From positions 96,001 through 160,000 of the forward strand of contig CANJVR010000001.1 in assembly GCA_947478395.1 (NCBI GenBank): 64,000 bases of DNA, in the 5' to 3' direction. Shown here one piece after another: positions 29,461 to 40,397 of the stretch (the first letter of the stretch is position 1; every line of letters starts with the position of its first letter). The position numbers were made by a program, and so were the translations under genes. The notes under the pieces were generated by a model. That model searched no databases and was not told the origin of the DNA. It saw only the letters and a list, made by a program, of their open reading frames with translations. The stretch is from Opitutia bacterium. GTDB taxonomy: Bacteria > Verrucomicrobiota > Verrucomicrobiia > Opitutales > Opitutaceae.

Positions 29461-30387
29461 ATGCCCCGCTCCCTCTCGCGTCGCGACGCCCTTCGCTCCT
29501 TCGCCGGTGCCGCCGCGCTGGCCACGATCACCCGCTCCAGCCCCGCCGCCGAAACTCCGTCTGCTCCCGCCAAATCTCCTGTCGCGCCCATGGCCTCATC
29601 CCCGATCCGCCACTCCGTCTGTAAATGGTGTTTCCCCAAAATCTCCCTCGATGATCTCGCCCGACCGGCCAAGGACATGGGCCTATCCTCCATCGAGCTC
29701 CTGGATCCAGAGCATTTTGCGACGCTCAAAAAATACGATCTCACCTGCGCACTCGTAAATTTTCCCACCGGCAAGACTCCGCAAGGCGTCACCGTCGGCG
29801 GCATTTCAAAGGCGTTCAACCGTCTCGAGCACCACGACACGCTCGTCGAGATCTACGAGAAACGCATCGCCGAAACCGCGGATGCCAGTTTCGAAACGCT
29901 CATCTGCTTTTCGGGGAATCGTGAGAAAATGGACGACCAGCAGGGTCTCGAAAATTGCGCCGTGGGGCTCAAGCGCATCATCGCGTCCGCCGAGAAACGG
30001 GGCGTCACCCTCGTGATGGAGCTCCTCAACTCGAAGGTGAACCACAAGGACTACATGTGCGATCACACCGCGTGGGGCGTCGAACTCGTGAAGCGCGTGG
30101 GCTCCGAGCGATTCAAGCTGCTCTATGATATTTACCACATGCAGATCATGGATGGTGACGTCATTCGCACCATTCAGGACAACCACCGCTATTTCGGCCA
30201 CTACCACACCGCCGGCAATCCCGGTCGCCACGAATTCGAGCCCGGCGATCCACAAGAGCTCAACTATCCGGCCATCATGCGCGCGATTTCCGCCACCGGG
30301 TTCAAAGGTTTCGTCGCGCAGGAATTCACGCCGGTCCGCGATCCGCTGACTTCGCTCCGCGCCGCGATCAAACTCTGTACGGTGTGA
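29461..30387 (+). CDS. Hydroxypyruvate isomerase-like TIM barrel protein with Tat signal
   Basis: SRRDAL Tat motif; MELLNS, LYDIYHMQI.DGD, HYHTAG.PGRHE. Confidence 0.88.
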   Translation: MPRSLSRRDALRSFAGAAALATITRSSPAAETPSAPAKSPVAPMASSPIRHSVCKWCFPKISLDDLARPAKDMGLSSIELLDPEHFATLKKYDLTCALVNFPTGKTPQGVTVGGISKAFNRLEHHDTLVEIYEKRIAETADASFETLICFSGNREKMDDQQGLENCAVGLKRIIASAEKRGVTLVMELLNSKVNHKDYMCDHTAWGVELVKRVGSERFKLLYDIYHMQIMDGDVIRTIQDNHRYFGHYHTAGNPGRHEFEPGDPQELNYPAIMRAISATGFKGFVAQEFTPVRDPLTSLRAAIKLCTV

Positions 30388-31691
30388 GTAAGCGTCCAGC
30401 CGGGCCAGCATCGAGCGGCTGGCGGCAGCGTCTGCGCCAATCCGCGGCGCTCGACTTCACGCCGCTGCGCGCCTCGCGCGACTATCGGCTGCTCTTCATC
30501 GCGCAGTTCATTTCCGCTTTCGGCTACGCCATCAGCTACGTCGTACTGCCGTGGCAGGTTTACCAACTCACGCACTCGACCTTGCTCGTTGGTTTGCTCG
30601 GTGTAACCGAATTCGTGCCGATGATCGTGCTCGCGTTTGTCGGGGGCGCGCTGGCCGACGCGGTGGATCGACGTCATCTTATTCTCTGGGCCGAAGCCGG
30701 ACTCGCGCTGAGCTGCACCGCGCTGGTCGCGAACGCGCTGCTGCCCGTGCCGCACGTGTGGGTGCTATTTTTCGGTGCGGGTTTGACCGCCGCGGCCAAC
30801 GCCCTGCACCGCCCTGCGCTCGAGTCACTCACGCCGCAGCTCGTGGCACCTGCGCACATGCCCGCGGTGGCGGCGCTTACCACCTTTCGCTTCAGCTTTA
30901 ACTTCATCGTTGGCCCTGCGCTGGCCGGCCTGATCGCAAACCGCTTCGGCGCCGCCACGGCCTATGGCATCGATCTAGCCACCTACGGGATTTCGATCGC
31001 GATCCTGTTGCTGATGCGTTCGGTGGCGGTGCCGGCCGGGGCGCCGCGTCCGAGCCTGCGCGGCGTCGCCGAAGGCCTGCGCTATGCCCGCAGCCGATCC
31101 GAACTGATGGGAACGTATCTGATCGATATCATCGCGATGTTTTTTGGCATGCCCATCGCGCTCTTTCCGGCGATTGCCGAAAGTTTCGGCGGCGCCTCCG
31201 TCGGACTTTTCTATGCGACGCTCGCCGTCGGGCCACTCGTAGTGACACTCACCTCCGGCTGGACCAATCGCGTCCGCCGCCATGGCTTGGGCGTGACGTG
31301 GGCCGTCGTCGTGTGGGGTATCGCCATCGTTGGTTTCGGTCTCGCAACCAACCTCTGGATCGCCCTCACGTTTCTCGTGATTGCGGGTGGAGCCGACTGC
31401 GTGAGCGGGCTTTTTCGTATGACGATTTGGAATCAAACCATCCCCGACCGGCTACGCGGACGGCTCGCCGGCATCGAGATGGTGAGCTACCTGAGCGGCC
31501 CCTACCTCGGCAACGCCGAGGCCGGTCTCGTGGCGAGTGCCTTCGGGCTGCGAGCGTCGGTGGTCTCGGGCGGAGTCCTGTGCGTCATCGGCGCAGGCGT
31601 GTTGGCGATGCTGTTACCCGGATTTATCCGCTACGACTCGGTCCAGGGTCAGGCGCGAAAAAAGGCCGAGGAAATCGAACCCGTCCAGTGA
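30384..31691 (+). CDS. MFS transporter (EntS-like / MFS_3)
   Basis: GALADAVDRR, 12 TM segments, IPDRLRGR. Confidence 0.9.
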   Translation: MSKRPAGPASSGWRQRLRQSAALDFTPLRASRDYRLLFIAQFISAFGYAISYVVLPWQVYQLTHSTLLVGLLGVTEFVPMIVLAFVGGALADAVDRRHLILWAEAGLALSCTALVANALLPVPHVWVLFFGAGLTAAANALHRPALESLTPQLVAPAHMPAVAALTTFRFSFNFIVGPALAGLIANRFGAATAYGIDLATYGISIAILLLMRSVAVPAGAPRPSLRGVAEGLRYARSRSELMGTYLIDIIAMFFGMPIALFPAIAESFGGASVGLFYATLAVGPLVVTLTSGWTNRVRRHGLGVTWAVVVWGIAIVGFGLATNLWIALTFLVIAGGADCVSGLFRMTIWNQTIPDRLRGRLAGIEMVSYLSGPYLGNAEAGLVASAFGLRASVVSGGVLCVIGAGVLAMLLPGFIRYDSVQGQARKKAEEIEPVQ

Positions 31692-31879
31692 ACCCTAAAA
31701 CACCGCGGAACGTGTCAGCAGCTCGTCGGGCAGTGGTCGGAGAACTGTCATCAAACGCGGCGACGGGGATGAATGGCGTCCAACCGACACCCTCCGCCCT
31801 GCGGGGTCTGCCGTTGCGAGACGCCGCAGTTGCGCCGTGAAACGGGCCCCCGTTCCACGCGGCTCAATCAGAGCTCGAA

Positions 31880-33337
31880 TTACATCGCCGCGAGCAAACG
31901 CCGCAGCGTCTCGTCGACGAGCTTCGGGTTGGCTTTGCCTTTGGCGGCTTTCATCACGGGACCTTTGAACGCGTTGATCGCGCTGTCTTTGCCGGCTTTG
32001 AACTCGGCGAGGGCTTTTGCGTTTACCGCGATGGACTCGCGGCACCAGGTCTCGAGTTCGCCAGCGTCGGTGGGCGCGGCCGCGAGGCCGCGACGGGCGA
32101 TGATCGCCGCGGGCATTTCGCCGGTGGTAAACATTTCGGCGAAAACTTCCTTCGCGGCGGCGTTGAGCAGCGTGCCGCCGTCGATGAGTTGCACGAGTGC
32201 GGCAAGATGCGCGGGCGAGACTTTCGAGGCGGAAAGCGGGAGTTTCGCCGCGCCGAGTTCACGGAGGAGGTCGTTAGCGATCCAGTTTCCAACGGCTTGA
32301 GCTTTGCCGGGACCGGCGAGTTGGGCGGCGCCTTCGAAGTAATCGCTCAGCTCACGATCGGGGATCAGGACGGACGTGATCGTGTAGGGAATCTGGTAGT
32401 CGGCGAGGAACCGGCGCTGCTTCACGAAGGGCAGCTCGGGGCATTCGGCGCGGAGCTGCTGTTTCCACGCGTCGTCGACGCGGACGGGCATGAGATCGGG
32501 GTCGGGAAAATAGCGGTAGTCATGCGCCATTTCCTTGGAGCGAAGCGATTGAGAAACGCCCGCCTCGCCGTCGTAGTCGCGCGTTTCCTGAATGAGTTTT
32601 CCGCCAGCGGCGACGACCGCGAGCTGGCGCTTAATTTCATGCGCGATGCCGTCGCGGACAAACGAGATGGAGTTGAGATTTTTTAGCTCAACCTTCGTCC
32701 CGAGTTTCGTTTCGCCGACGGGGCGGATGGAGATGTTGGCGTCGCAGCGCAGCTGGCCTTTCTCCATATCGCAGTCGGAGATGCCGCCGTAGATCATCGT
32801 GTTTCGGATCGACGTGAGATAGGCAAACGCTTCGTCAGCGGTGTGCATCGCGGGCTCGGAGACGATCTCCATCAACGGCGTGCCGGCGCGATTGTAATCG
32901 ACCAGCGAATCGGTGGCGTGGTGGTTGAGTTTGCCGACGTCTTCCTCGAGGTGAATGCGGGTGAGCGGAATTGTTTTGTGCTCGCCCATGACGTTGCGCG
33001 CGGCGCCGGGCAGCTCGATCTCGACCGAACCGTTGAGGCACATCGGCTGGTCGTATTGGGAGATCTGGTAGTTTTTCGGCGAGTCAGGATAGAAGTACTG
33101 TTTGCGGTCCCACTTGCAGACGGGCGCGATGTCACAGCCGAGGAGCAGGCCGGCTTTGATGATGGCGTCGAGGGCGGCCTTATTCATCACGGGCAGCGTG
33201 CCCGGCAGCGCGAGAACGACGGGATCCGTGAGCGTGTTCGGTGCGTGGCCGTAGCCGGCCGCGACGCGGGTGAAGACCTTTGAGTGAGTCTTGATCTGGA
33301 CGTGGACTTCCAGGCCGATGACGGCTTCGTAGTTCAT
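31880..33337 (-). CDS. gatB: Asp/Glu-tRNA amidotransferase subunit B
   Basis: YEAVIGLEVHVQ, RKQYFYPD, HLEEDVGK, DYRYFPDPDL. Confidence 0.98.
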   Translation of the reverse strand: MNYEAVIGLEVHVQIKTHSKVFTRVAAGYGHAPNTLTDPVVLALPGTLPVMNKAALDAIIKAGLLLGCDIAPVCKWDRKQYFYPDSPKNYQISQYDQPMCLNGSVEIELPGAARNVMGEHKTIPLTRIHLEEDVGKLNHHATDSLVDYNRAGTPLMEIVSEPAMHTADEAFAYLTSIRNTMIYGGISDCDMEKGQLRCDANISIRPVGETKLGTKVELKNLNSISFVRDGIAHEIKRQLAVVAAGGKLIQETRDYDGEAGVSQSLRSKEMAHDYRYFPDPDLMPVRVDDAWKQQLRAECPELPFVKQRRFLADYQIPYTITSVLIPDRELSDYFEGAAQLAGPGKAQAVGNWIANDLLRELGAAKLPLSASKVSPAHLAALVQLIDGGTLLNAAAKEVFAEMFTTGEMPAAIIARRGLAAAPTDAGELETWCRESIAVNAKALAEFKAGKDSAINAFKGPVMKAAKGKANPKLVDETLRRLLAAM

Positions 33338-33351
33338 TTTTCGGAGGGGTG

Positions 33352-33421
33352 GCCCACGGAACACACGGAATACACGGAATTCAGATTTCTTGTTTCCGTG
33401 TAATCCGTGTGTTCCGTGGGC
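33352..33421. repeat. Palindrome built of 9-nt periodic units (cacggaaNN)
   Basis: 28-bp arms at 33352-33379 and 33394-33421 with one mismatch, between gatA and gatB. Confidence 0.85.
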
Positions 33422-33427
33422 AAAAAT

Positions 33428-34891
33428 TCAGAGGCTCGGGAATTTCGACGGCCAGTCGTGCGCCTGTTCGTAGGCTTGAGCGGTGGCGAGGAGCTCCGCT
33501 TCGCGGAACGGTTGGCCGATGAGCTGAAGACCGATGGGCAACCCGCCCGACGTGAAACCACACGGCATACTCATCGCCGGGAGGCCGGCTAGATTCACCC
33601 CGATCGTATAAATATCGCAGAGGTACATCGTCAGCGGGTCGGCCGATTTTTCCCCGAGCTTGAAGGCGGGGATCGGCGACGTCGGCGTGATCAAGGCGTC
33701 GACTTCGCGATAAGCATTAAGGAAATCCTGGCGGATCAACGTGCGGACTTTTTGCGCGCGGAGATAATACGCGTCGTAGTAGCCGGAGCTGAGCACGTAC
33801 GTGCCGAGGATGATCCGGCGCTTCACCTCATCGCCGAAACCTTCGGCCCGGGATTTCTGGTAAACGTCGAGGACGTCTTTCGCGTCCTTCGAACGGTGGC
33901 CATAGCGAATGCCGTCGAAGCGGGCCAGATTCGATGACGCCTCCGCGGTCGCGATGATGTAGTAGGTATCGAGACAATAGCGCGTGTGCGGCAGGGAAAC
34001 TTCGCGGATTTCGCAACCCTGCGACTTGTAGAACGCGATGGCTTGCTCGACGGCCGCACCGACTTCGGGGTCGAGACCTTCGCCAAAATATTCCTTGGGG
34101 ATACCGAGTTTCCACGGGCCACGACGCGTTTTGAGTTCGGCGCGGTAGTCGGGCACGTCGGCTTTGAACGACGTCGAATCGCGCGGATCGTGGCCGGCAA
34201 TCGCTTTGAGGACGATCGCCGCGTCTTCAACCGTGCGGGCAAACGGCCCGATCTGGTCGAGCGACGACGCGTAGGCGATCAGACCGTAACGCGAGATCAG
34301 GCCGTAGGTCGGCTTGAGTCCGACGAGGCTGCAGAGCGCGGCGGGCTGACGGATCGAGCCACCGGTATCTGAGCCAAGCGTGGCGATCGCCGAGCCCGCG
34401 GCGAGCGCGGCCGCGCTGCCGCCGGATGAACCGCCAGGTGCGCGCGAAAGATCCCAGGGATTATGCGTGGGACCAAAAGCGGAATTTTCCGTCGAGGAAC
34501 CCATCGCGAACTCATCGCAGTTCAAACGGCCGTGGAGAACGGCGCCGGCGGCTTTGAGTTTTTCCGTGACGGTGGCGTCGTAAGGGGAGACGAAGTTCGC
34601 GAGCATCTTGCTCGAAGCGGTCAGCGGCTGTCCGTCGACGGCGATGACGTCCTTGAGGCCAATCGGAATACCGTCGAGCGGGCCCCTCACCTGCCCTTGC
34701 GCGCGGCGGGCATCGGACGCCGCGGCTTGAGCGAGCGCGGAAGGTTCATCGAAAGAGTTGAAGGCGTGAACCTGCGACTCAGTGGCTTTCGTCCGGGCCA
34801 TGACAGCCTGCGTGAGCTCGACCGACGATAGCTTTCCCTCGGCGAGTTGCACGGAGAGCTCGGCGATCGTTTGAAAATGAAGCGGCGGCAT
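33428..34891 (-). CDS. gatA: Asp/Glu-tRNA amidotransferase subunit A
   Basis: Amidase signature [43 protein letters not shown]. Confidence 0.98.
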   Translation of the reverse strand: MPPLHFQTIAELSVQLAEGKLSSVELTQAVMARTKATESQVHAFNSFDEPSALAQAAASDARRAQGQVRGPLDGIPIGLKDVIAVDGQPLTASSKMLANFVSPYDATVTEKLKAAGAVLHGRLNCDEFAMGSSTENSAFGPTHNPWDLSRAPGGSSGGSAAALAAGSAIATLGSDTGGSIRQPAALCSLVGLKPTYGLISRYGLIAYASSLDQIGPFARTVEDAAIVLKAIAGHDPRDSTSFKADVPDYRAELKTRRGPWKLGIPKEYFGEGLDPEVGAAVEQAIAFYKSQGCEIREVSLPHTRYCLDTYYIIATAEASSNLARFDGIRYGHRSKDAKDVLDVYQKSRAEGFGDEVKRRIILGTYVLSSGYYDAYYLRAQKVRTLIRQDFLNAYREVDALITPTSPIPAFKLGEKSADPLTMYLCDIYTIGVNLAGLPAMSMPCGFTSGGLPIGLQLIGQPFREAELLATAQAYEQAHDWPSKFPSL

Positions 34892-35050
34892 CTGCTAGAA
34901 AAGTCGAAGGGTTACACCGAGGGCACTTGAGCTGGCACGGAAGTCACCGAGAAAGACGGGGAAACGATTTCTACTTCGAGAGAGTTGGCTCCGAGATCTC
35001 CGCGCCTCCTCTCCTGCCCTCTGTTTAATTTCTTCATGTCTTCGTCTCGT

Positions 35051-35341
35051 TCACTCCATGACCTTGGGGACGACGATCATGTGGTCGCGCTGGGCGGGGG
35101 CGTTTTGGAGGGCTTGCTCGACGGCGAGGCCGGGCTGAGCGACATCCTCTGCCCAGACGTTGGAAATCGGAAACGCGTGCGCGGTGGGCTCGATGCCGGT
35201 GACGTCGATTTTGGCCAGCTGCTCGATGTGGCTCAGGACGCTGCCGAGCTGCGCGGAGAAACGCGCTTTCTCTTCGGGGGTGAGCGCGAGCCGGGCGAGC
35301 TCGGCGACGCGGTCGATGTTGAGATCGGCGGGTTGAGACAT
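35051..35341 (-). CDS. gatC: Asp/Glu-tRNA amidotransferase subunit C
   Basis: VAELARL, IEPT, NAP...VPKV; context. Confidence 0.95.
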   Translation of the reverse strand: MSQPADLNIDRVAELARLALTPEEKARFSAQLGSVLSHIEQLAKIDVTGIEPTAHAFPISNVWAEDVAQPGLAVEQALQNAPAQRDHMIVVPKVME

Positions 35342-35352
35342 GATCGCTGCGG

Positions 35353-36639
35353 TTAGAGCGCCAGCGGCTCGGAGGTTTCGGGCTTGAGGATATCCTCAAT
35401 CGTCTCGCGGCGGCTAATGAGTTCGGCGGCACCGTCGGAGCCGATCCAGACCTGCGGCGCGCGGCCGATGGAATTATAGTTGCTGCTCATCGCGTAACCA
35501 TACGCGCCGGCGTCGCGCAGCACCATCAGGTCCCCGATCTCGGGACGGGGCAGCTGGCGCGGATGAAGTTCCTCATCAGCACCGCCGCGCGTGAAGACAT
35601 CGCCGCTCTCGCAGAGCGGGCCGGCCACCACGATGGGCTCGGTGCCTTGAGCCGGATCTTTGCCGAGGATATCGATCTGGTGATAACTGCCGTACATCGC
35701 GGGACGCACGAGATCGACAAAGCCGGCGTCGACCATGGCGAAGGTTGCACCGGCACCCTTGGCGTTAGTCTGGGTGCGTTTCACGTCATGGACGCGCGTG
35801 ACGAGCGAGCACGATGGCGCGACATAGTAGCGGCCCGGCTCGATCTCGACGCGAATCTCGCGTCCAGCGGCCGCGACGATGACGTTGCGACAATGCGCGA
35901 ATAATTTCTTCAGCAACTCGACGGCGGGCTGCTGATCGCGGTCGCGATAGTTATGCGGAATGCCACCGCCGAGACTGACCGCGTTGAGTTTCGGAAATTG
36001 CGGAATCAACGTCGCGAATTCCCCTGCGAGGCGCGTGAGGTTGTCCTGCAGCTCCTGCACTTTCGGACCGCTGCCGATGTGGGCGTGGAGCATGACAACA
36101 TCGAGGCCGGCCCGATCGGCAGCGGCTTTGGTCGCCTGGAGATCTTGATACCAGATGCCGTGCTTGGAAGACGGGCCGCCCGTGTCGCACGTGTTGACGT
36201 GCCCGTGGCCGAAGCCCGGGTTGATGCGAATCGAGATCGGGCCCTTGTAGCCAGCGGCGGCGAGTTGCGCGATCATGATTGGCGAACCGATGTTGGGTAG
36301 CAGCTGGTGCTTGAGCACGACGTCGAGGGCGTTGTCGCGAAATACGTCGGCGGTGAAACAGATCACAGGCGGGTGGTTGCCGCCGGGATGCCCGGCGTGG
36401 AGCGCGCGTAACGCTTCGTTACCCGAAACGGCGTCGATCCAGATGCCGGCCGCGCGCATTTCGGCGAGAATCTTGGTGGCCGGGCACGCTTTCATGGCGA
36501 AGCGCGCCTGCAGGCCGGGCGTCGAAGTCATCTCCTTGATATTAGCGATGCGCTGACGGATCAGCGCGCCATCATAGACCCAAAAAGGAGTGCCCACCTT
36601 AGCGGCGAGCTGGCGAAGCAGAGAATCGGGAAGAGACAT
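35353..36639 (-). CDS. lysA: Diaminopimelate decarboxylase
   Basis: TPFWVYD, FAMKA (PLP Lys), HAHIGSG, EPGRY, RPAMYG, GPLCESGD, GAYG..MSSNYN. Confidence 0.95.
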   Translation of the reverse strand: MSLPDSLLRQLAAKVGTPFWVYDGALIRQRIANIKEMTSTPGLQARFAMKACPATKILAEMRAAGIWIDAVSGNEALRALHAGHPGGNHPPVICFTADVFRDNALDVVLKHQLLPNIGSPIMIAQLAAAGYKGPISIRINPGFGHGHVNTCDTGGPSSKHGIWYQDLQATKAAADRAGLDVVMLHAHIGSGPKVQELQDNLTRLAGEFATLIPQFPKLNAVSLGGGIPHNYRDRDQQPAVELLKKLFAHCRNVIVAAAGREIRVEIEPGRYYVAPSCSLVTRVHDVKRTQTNAKGAGATFAMVDAGFVDLVRPAMYGSYHQIDILGKDPAQGTEPIVVAGPLCESGDVFTRGGADEELHPRQLPRPEIGDLMVLRDAGAYGYAMSSNYNSIGRAPQVWIGSDGAAELISRRETIEDILKPETSEPLAL

Positions 36640-36699
36640 GAAGGAAGAAAAGAAAAGCTGAGTGCTAAGAGTCTAGAGCGGAGAGCGACCGCGTGGGAG

Positions 36700-39183
36700 T
36701 TATTTACGAATCTGATAGCTCGTCGTGGCCAGCAGGTCGTCCTGGATTTTGGTGAACACCACGTTGACCTCGTCGTCCGTGAGCGTCCGGTCGGGCGCGC
36801 GGAACACGAGGGAGAAGGCCAGACTCTTGGTGCCTTCGGGCAAGCCCTTGCCTTGGTAAACGTCGAAGATCGCCACCCGTTCGAGCGCGAAGGCGGAGCC
36901 GGCGGCCGCTCGAGCGGATTTGGCGAGGGCCTTCTGGACTTCGCCGGCGGTGGTCGCCGTAGGGACGACGAGCGCGAGGTCGCGCAGCGCGGCGGGATGC
37001 AGACTGAAATCGGCGTAGCGGCGGCGCGAAGGCTCAGCGGATATTTTTTCGGGGAGAATCGCGAAGCAGCCCGCGTAAACCTTGCCCTCGATGCCGAGCG
37101 ATTTGAGCAGCGCGAGGCTGACAAGCCCGAAGCGTGCGGACCAGGCATAGCTGTGATCGTTGATCGCCGCAGACTGGCCAGTCTGCCAACCCGCGGGCGG
37201 CGCCTCGACGACCGGTTGGCGCGAGAGGTCGACGCCCGCCGACGCCGCGAGCGCCACGATGTGATGCTTGGCGACGTAGAAATCGGCCGGATCGCGTTTG
37301 AGCCACGAACGGTCGCCGGAACTCTCAGCGATGACGAACGCAACGGCGGCGCATTCAAAAACCGCACCGTCGCGCTCGATGAACATGCGGCCGGTTTCGC
37401 ACAGGCGGGAAACCGCCACGCCCCGAGATTGGTTGAGGCGCAGCGATTCGAGCAGGCCGGTGACGAGCGTGGGCCGGAGGTGTGACTGGTCCTCCACAAA
37501 GGGATTCGCCAAGGCGAGAGCGTCGGAAGCGGCGGGAGCAATCCAACCGGCCACCTCTTTCACAGGGCGCAGCGTGTAGTTGACGCATTCGTGAAAATCG
37601 TGGCCGACGAGATAGTCGGTCACGCGGCGGTTGAAGAGAACAACAGGATCGTCGTCGCCCACGAGACCGGGGACCATAACAGGCGCGGCGGGAATGCGCT
37701 CGGTGCCATAGACACGGAGGATTTCCTCGACGAGATCGATCGGCCGATCGAGATCATCGCGCCAGCTCGGAACGGTGACGCGCCACTCTTCGCGCGAAGT
37801 CCGGCCTGCGGCGAGCGTTTCGTGATGGGTTTGGCCGAGATCGGTGACCGTGAGCTCGAGCGCGTTGAGCGCGGCTTTCATGTCGGATTCGGGAATATCG
37901 AAACCGAGACGTTCCCGAACGAAACTCGGCGCGAGGACGATCTCGCGTTGCCACGGAACGTCACCGCCAACTTTGCAAATCGGGCCGACCACCTGACCGC
38001 CGGCGGTCTCAAGAATCAGATCGATCGCCCGCCAGGCGGCTTCGAGCGTGGAATGCGGATCCACGCCGCGCTCGTAGCGATAGGACGAATCGGAAGAAAG
38101 CCCGAGGCGCTTCGACGTGGTGCGGATGGACTGGCGTTTGAAAATGGCGCCCTCGAGAACGAGATCGGTGGTGTCAGCGGAGACTCCGGAGTTTTCCCCG
38201 CCCATGATGCCGGCGATCACGACCGGACGCGCGGCGTCGGCGATGACGAGCATGCTGGAGTTAAGCGTGCGCTCTTTTCCGTCGAGGGTCGTGATTTTTT
38301 CGCCGTCAGAGGCGCGCCGGACGATGATCTGGGCGCCGGCGAGTTTGCGGGCGTCGAAGGCGTGCAACGGCTGGCCGAACTCGAGCATCACGTAGTTGCC
38401 GACGTCGACCACGTTGTTGATCGGGCGGAGACCCACCGCGGTCAGGCGCTGCTGCAGCCACGCGGGACTCGGACCGATTTTCACGCCGCTAATGATATAA
38501 GCAGTGTAAAGCGGACAATCCTCGGGAGCGTGGACTTGGACCATTGCCAGCAAATCGGGCCGGGCAGCCGCGCCAGATGCGAGTGCGCCACGAAATTTTT
38601 CCTGGGGGTAAACGAGATCTTTTTTGAACCAGGCCGCGAGTTCGCGCGCGATCCCGAGATGCGAGAGGCAATCGGGGCGGTTGGGCGTGATCTCGATATC
38701 GAGGACGGTGTCGCCGGGCGGAAGGACCGCGTTGATCGGTGTCCCGAGCGCCGGGCGATCGGTGAGGATGAGCAGGCCGGCCGCGTCCTCGGAAATACCG
38801 AGTTCCTTGGCGGAGCACATCATGCCATCGGAAGATTCGCCCCGGATCTTAGACTGCTTAATGACGAAATCACCGGGCAGCACGGCGCCGGGGAGCGCAA
38901 CGGGGACGCGGTCGCCGACGGTGTAGTTTTGAGCGCCGCAGACAATCGTCTTGGTCCCGAGCGTGTCGCCTAAGGCAACGGTACAGACGGAGAGCTTGTC
39001 GGCGTTGGGGTGTTTGTTGCGAGTCAGGACCTCGCCGACGAACACGTTGGAAAGTTGGGGCGCGCCGGTGCGGATAACCTGTTCGACCTCGAAGCCGAGG
39101 AAAGTGATCGCGCGACAGATTTCGTCGGCCGCGATGCCGGAAAGGTCGACGTAGGACTGGAGCCAGTTGAGGGAAATTTTCAC
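36700..39183 (-). CDS. pheT: Phenylalanyl-tRNA synthetase beta subunit
   Basis: KISLNWL, HPNADKL, ITPNRPDCLS, RYERGVD, C-terminal FDX-ACB domain. Confidence 0.98.
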   Translation of the reverse strand: MKISLNWLQSYVDLSGIAADEICRAITFLGFEVEQVIRTGAPQLSNVFVGEVLTRNKHPNADKLSVCTVALGDTLGTKTIVCGAQNYTVGDRVPVALPGAVLPGDFVIKQSKIRGESSDGMMCSAKELGISEDAAGLLILTDRPALGTPINAVLPPGDTVLDIEITPNRPDCLSHLGIARELAAWFKKDLVYPQEKFRGALASGAAARPDLLAMVQVHAPEDCPLYTAYIISGVKIGPSPAWLQQRLTAVGLRPINNVVDVGNYVMLEFGQPLHAFDARKLAGAQIIVRRASDGEKITTLDGKERTLNSSMLVIADAARPVVIAGIMGGENSGVSADTTDLVLEGAIFKRQSIRTTSKRLGLSSDSSYRYERGVDPHSTLEAAWRAIDLILETAGGQVVGPICKVGGDVPWQREIVLAPSFVRERLGFDIPESDMKAALNALELTVTDLGQTHHETLAAGRTSREEWRVTVPSWRDDLDRPIDLVEEILRVYGTERIPAAPVMVPGLVGDDDPVVLFNRRVTDYLVGHDFHECVNYTLRPVKEVAGWIAPAASDALALANPFVEDQSHLRPTLVTGLLESLRLNQSRGVAVSRLCETGRMFIERDGAVFECAAVAFVIAESSGDRSWLKRDPADFYVAKHHIVALAASAGVDLSRQPVVEAPPAGWQTGQSAAINDHSYAWSARFGLVSLALLKSLGIEGKVYAGCFAILPEKISAEPSRRRYADFSLHPAALRDLALVVPTATTAGEVQKALAKSARAAAGSAFALERVAIFDVYQGKGLPEGTKSLAFSLVFRAPDRTLTDDEVNVVFTKIQDDLLATTSYQIRK

Positions 39184-39201
39184 GAAGGAAAGTGAGGAGA
39201 A

Positions 39202-39294
39202 ATTAAGCGCGAAGACGCGAAGGCGCTGAGGTCGGACAAAGAGTAAACGGGAATTGGGTTCCGTACTTCGCGACTTGGCGTCTTCGCGCTTAAT
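39202..39294. repeat. Palindrome built of 8-nt periodic units (cgcgaagN)
   Basis: attaagcgcgaagacgc...gcgtcttcgcgcttaat inverted arms between pheS and pheT. Confidence 0.8.
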
Positions 39295-39302
39295 CAGGTC
39301 GC

Positions 39303-40346
39303 TCAGGCGAATTGTTTCAGGAAGCGGAGGTCGTTTTGGTAGAAATAGCGGATGTCATCGATGCCGTAGAGGAGCATCGCGAGACGTTCGAGTCCCATGC
39401 CGAAGGCGTAGCCGGTCCAGACTTCGGGATCGTAGCCGACGCCGGCGAACACCGTCGGGTCGACCATGCCGCAGCCGCCGATCTCGATCCATTCCTTCTT
39501 CACTTTCGGAAGATGCTTCGCACTGAGATCGACCTCGAAGCTCGGCTCGGTGTAGCCGAAGTAGTGCGTGCGAAAACGCGTCTTGGTGTCTTTGCCGAGC
39601 AGCGACTCAAAGATGTAATCGAGCAGGGCCTTCAGGTCGCGGACCGTGACGTTCTTGTCGACGTACAGACACTCGAGCTGGTGAAAATTGGCGGAGTGCG
39701 TGGCGTCGGTCGTGTCGCGGCGGTAAACGCGGCCGGGCGAAACGATCCGAATCGGCGGCGAGCCCTTGAGCATGGTACGAATCTGCACCGACGACGTGTG
39801 CGTGCGGAGGAGGTATTTTTCGCCGGGCGTTTTTTTGGAAATGTTGGCGAAGCGGGAATTGTCCGGAAGGTAGAACGTGTCCTGTGCATCGCGCGCAGGG
39901 TGATCGGCCGGGGTGTTGAGCGCGTCGAAACAGTAATACTCGGTTTCGACCTCAGGGCCATCGGCCACGGTGAAGCCGACCTTGCGGAGAATACGGCACA
40001 TCTCTTCCCGCACGAGCGTGAGCGGGTGATAAGTACCGGGGCCTGCGTCGGGTGAAGGCAGCGTGGGATCGACGGCGGGGCCGAGTTGGGCGGTGAGTTC
40101 GCCGGCCTCGATGCGGGCCAGTGCGGCGTCGAGCTGGGATTGCAGCTGGGTTTTGGTCTCGTTGATGAGCTTGCCCATCGCGGGACGCTGCTCCTTCGAC
40201 ACGGTGCCCATCTGCTTCATGAGCGCAGTGAGTTCACCGTTGGGGCCGACGTAGCGGGCTTTGGCGGCCTCGAAGTCGGGGCGCGCGGTGAGCGCGGGCA
40301 ATTCGGCGGCGGCTTTCGCGAGGACGGCGGAAAGTTGGTCTTGCAT
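39303..40346 (-). CDS. pheS: Phenylalanyl-tRNA synthetase alpha subunit
   Basis: HPARDAQDTFY, LLRTHTS, FHQLE, TEPSFEVD, GYAFGMGLERL. Confidence 0.98.
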   Translation of the reverse strand: MQDQLSAVLAKAAAELPALTARPDFEAAKARYVGPNGELTALMKQMGTVSKEQRPAMGKLINETKTQLQSQLDAALARIEAGELTAQLGPAVDPTLPSPDAGPGTYHPLTLVREEMCRILRKVGFTVADGPEVETEYYCFDALNTPADHPARDAQDTFYLPDNSRFANISKKTPGEKYLLRTHTSSVQIRTMLKGSPPIRIVSPGRVYRRDTTDATHSANFHQLECLYVDKNVTVRDLKALLDYIFESLLGKDTKTRFRTHYFGYTEPSFEVDLSAKHLPKVKKEWIEIGGCGMVDPTVFAGVGYDPEVWTGYAFGMGLERLAMLLYGIDDIRYFYQNDLRFLKQFA

Positions 40347-40355
40347 GAAAGGGGG

Positions 40356-40397
40356 AAAAGAAAAGAGGACGGCACCTCGTTGGCGAGGCCCGTCCTC
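40356..40397 (-). terminator. Hairpin plus U-tract between rplT and pheS
   Basis: Minus strand reads gaggacgggcctcg-ccaa-cgaggtgccgtcctc-ttttctttt. Confidence 0.6.

Noticed and set aside
33352..33421. Possible mini-CRISPR
   Set aside because: Inverted periodic repeat with no spacers and no cas genes; no CRISPR array anywhere in the window.
37591..38973. 460-aa + strand ORF
   Set aside because: Antisense shadow of pheT.
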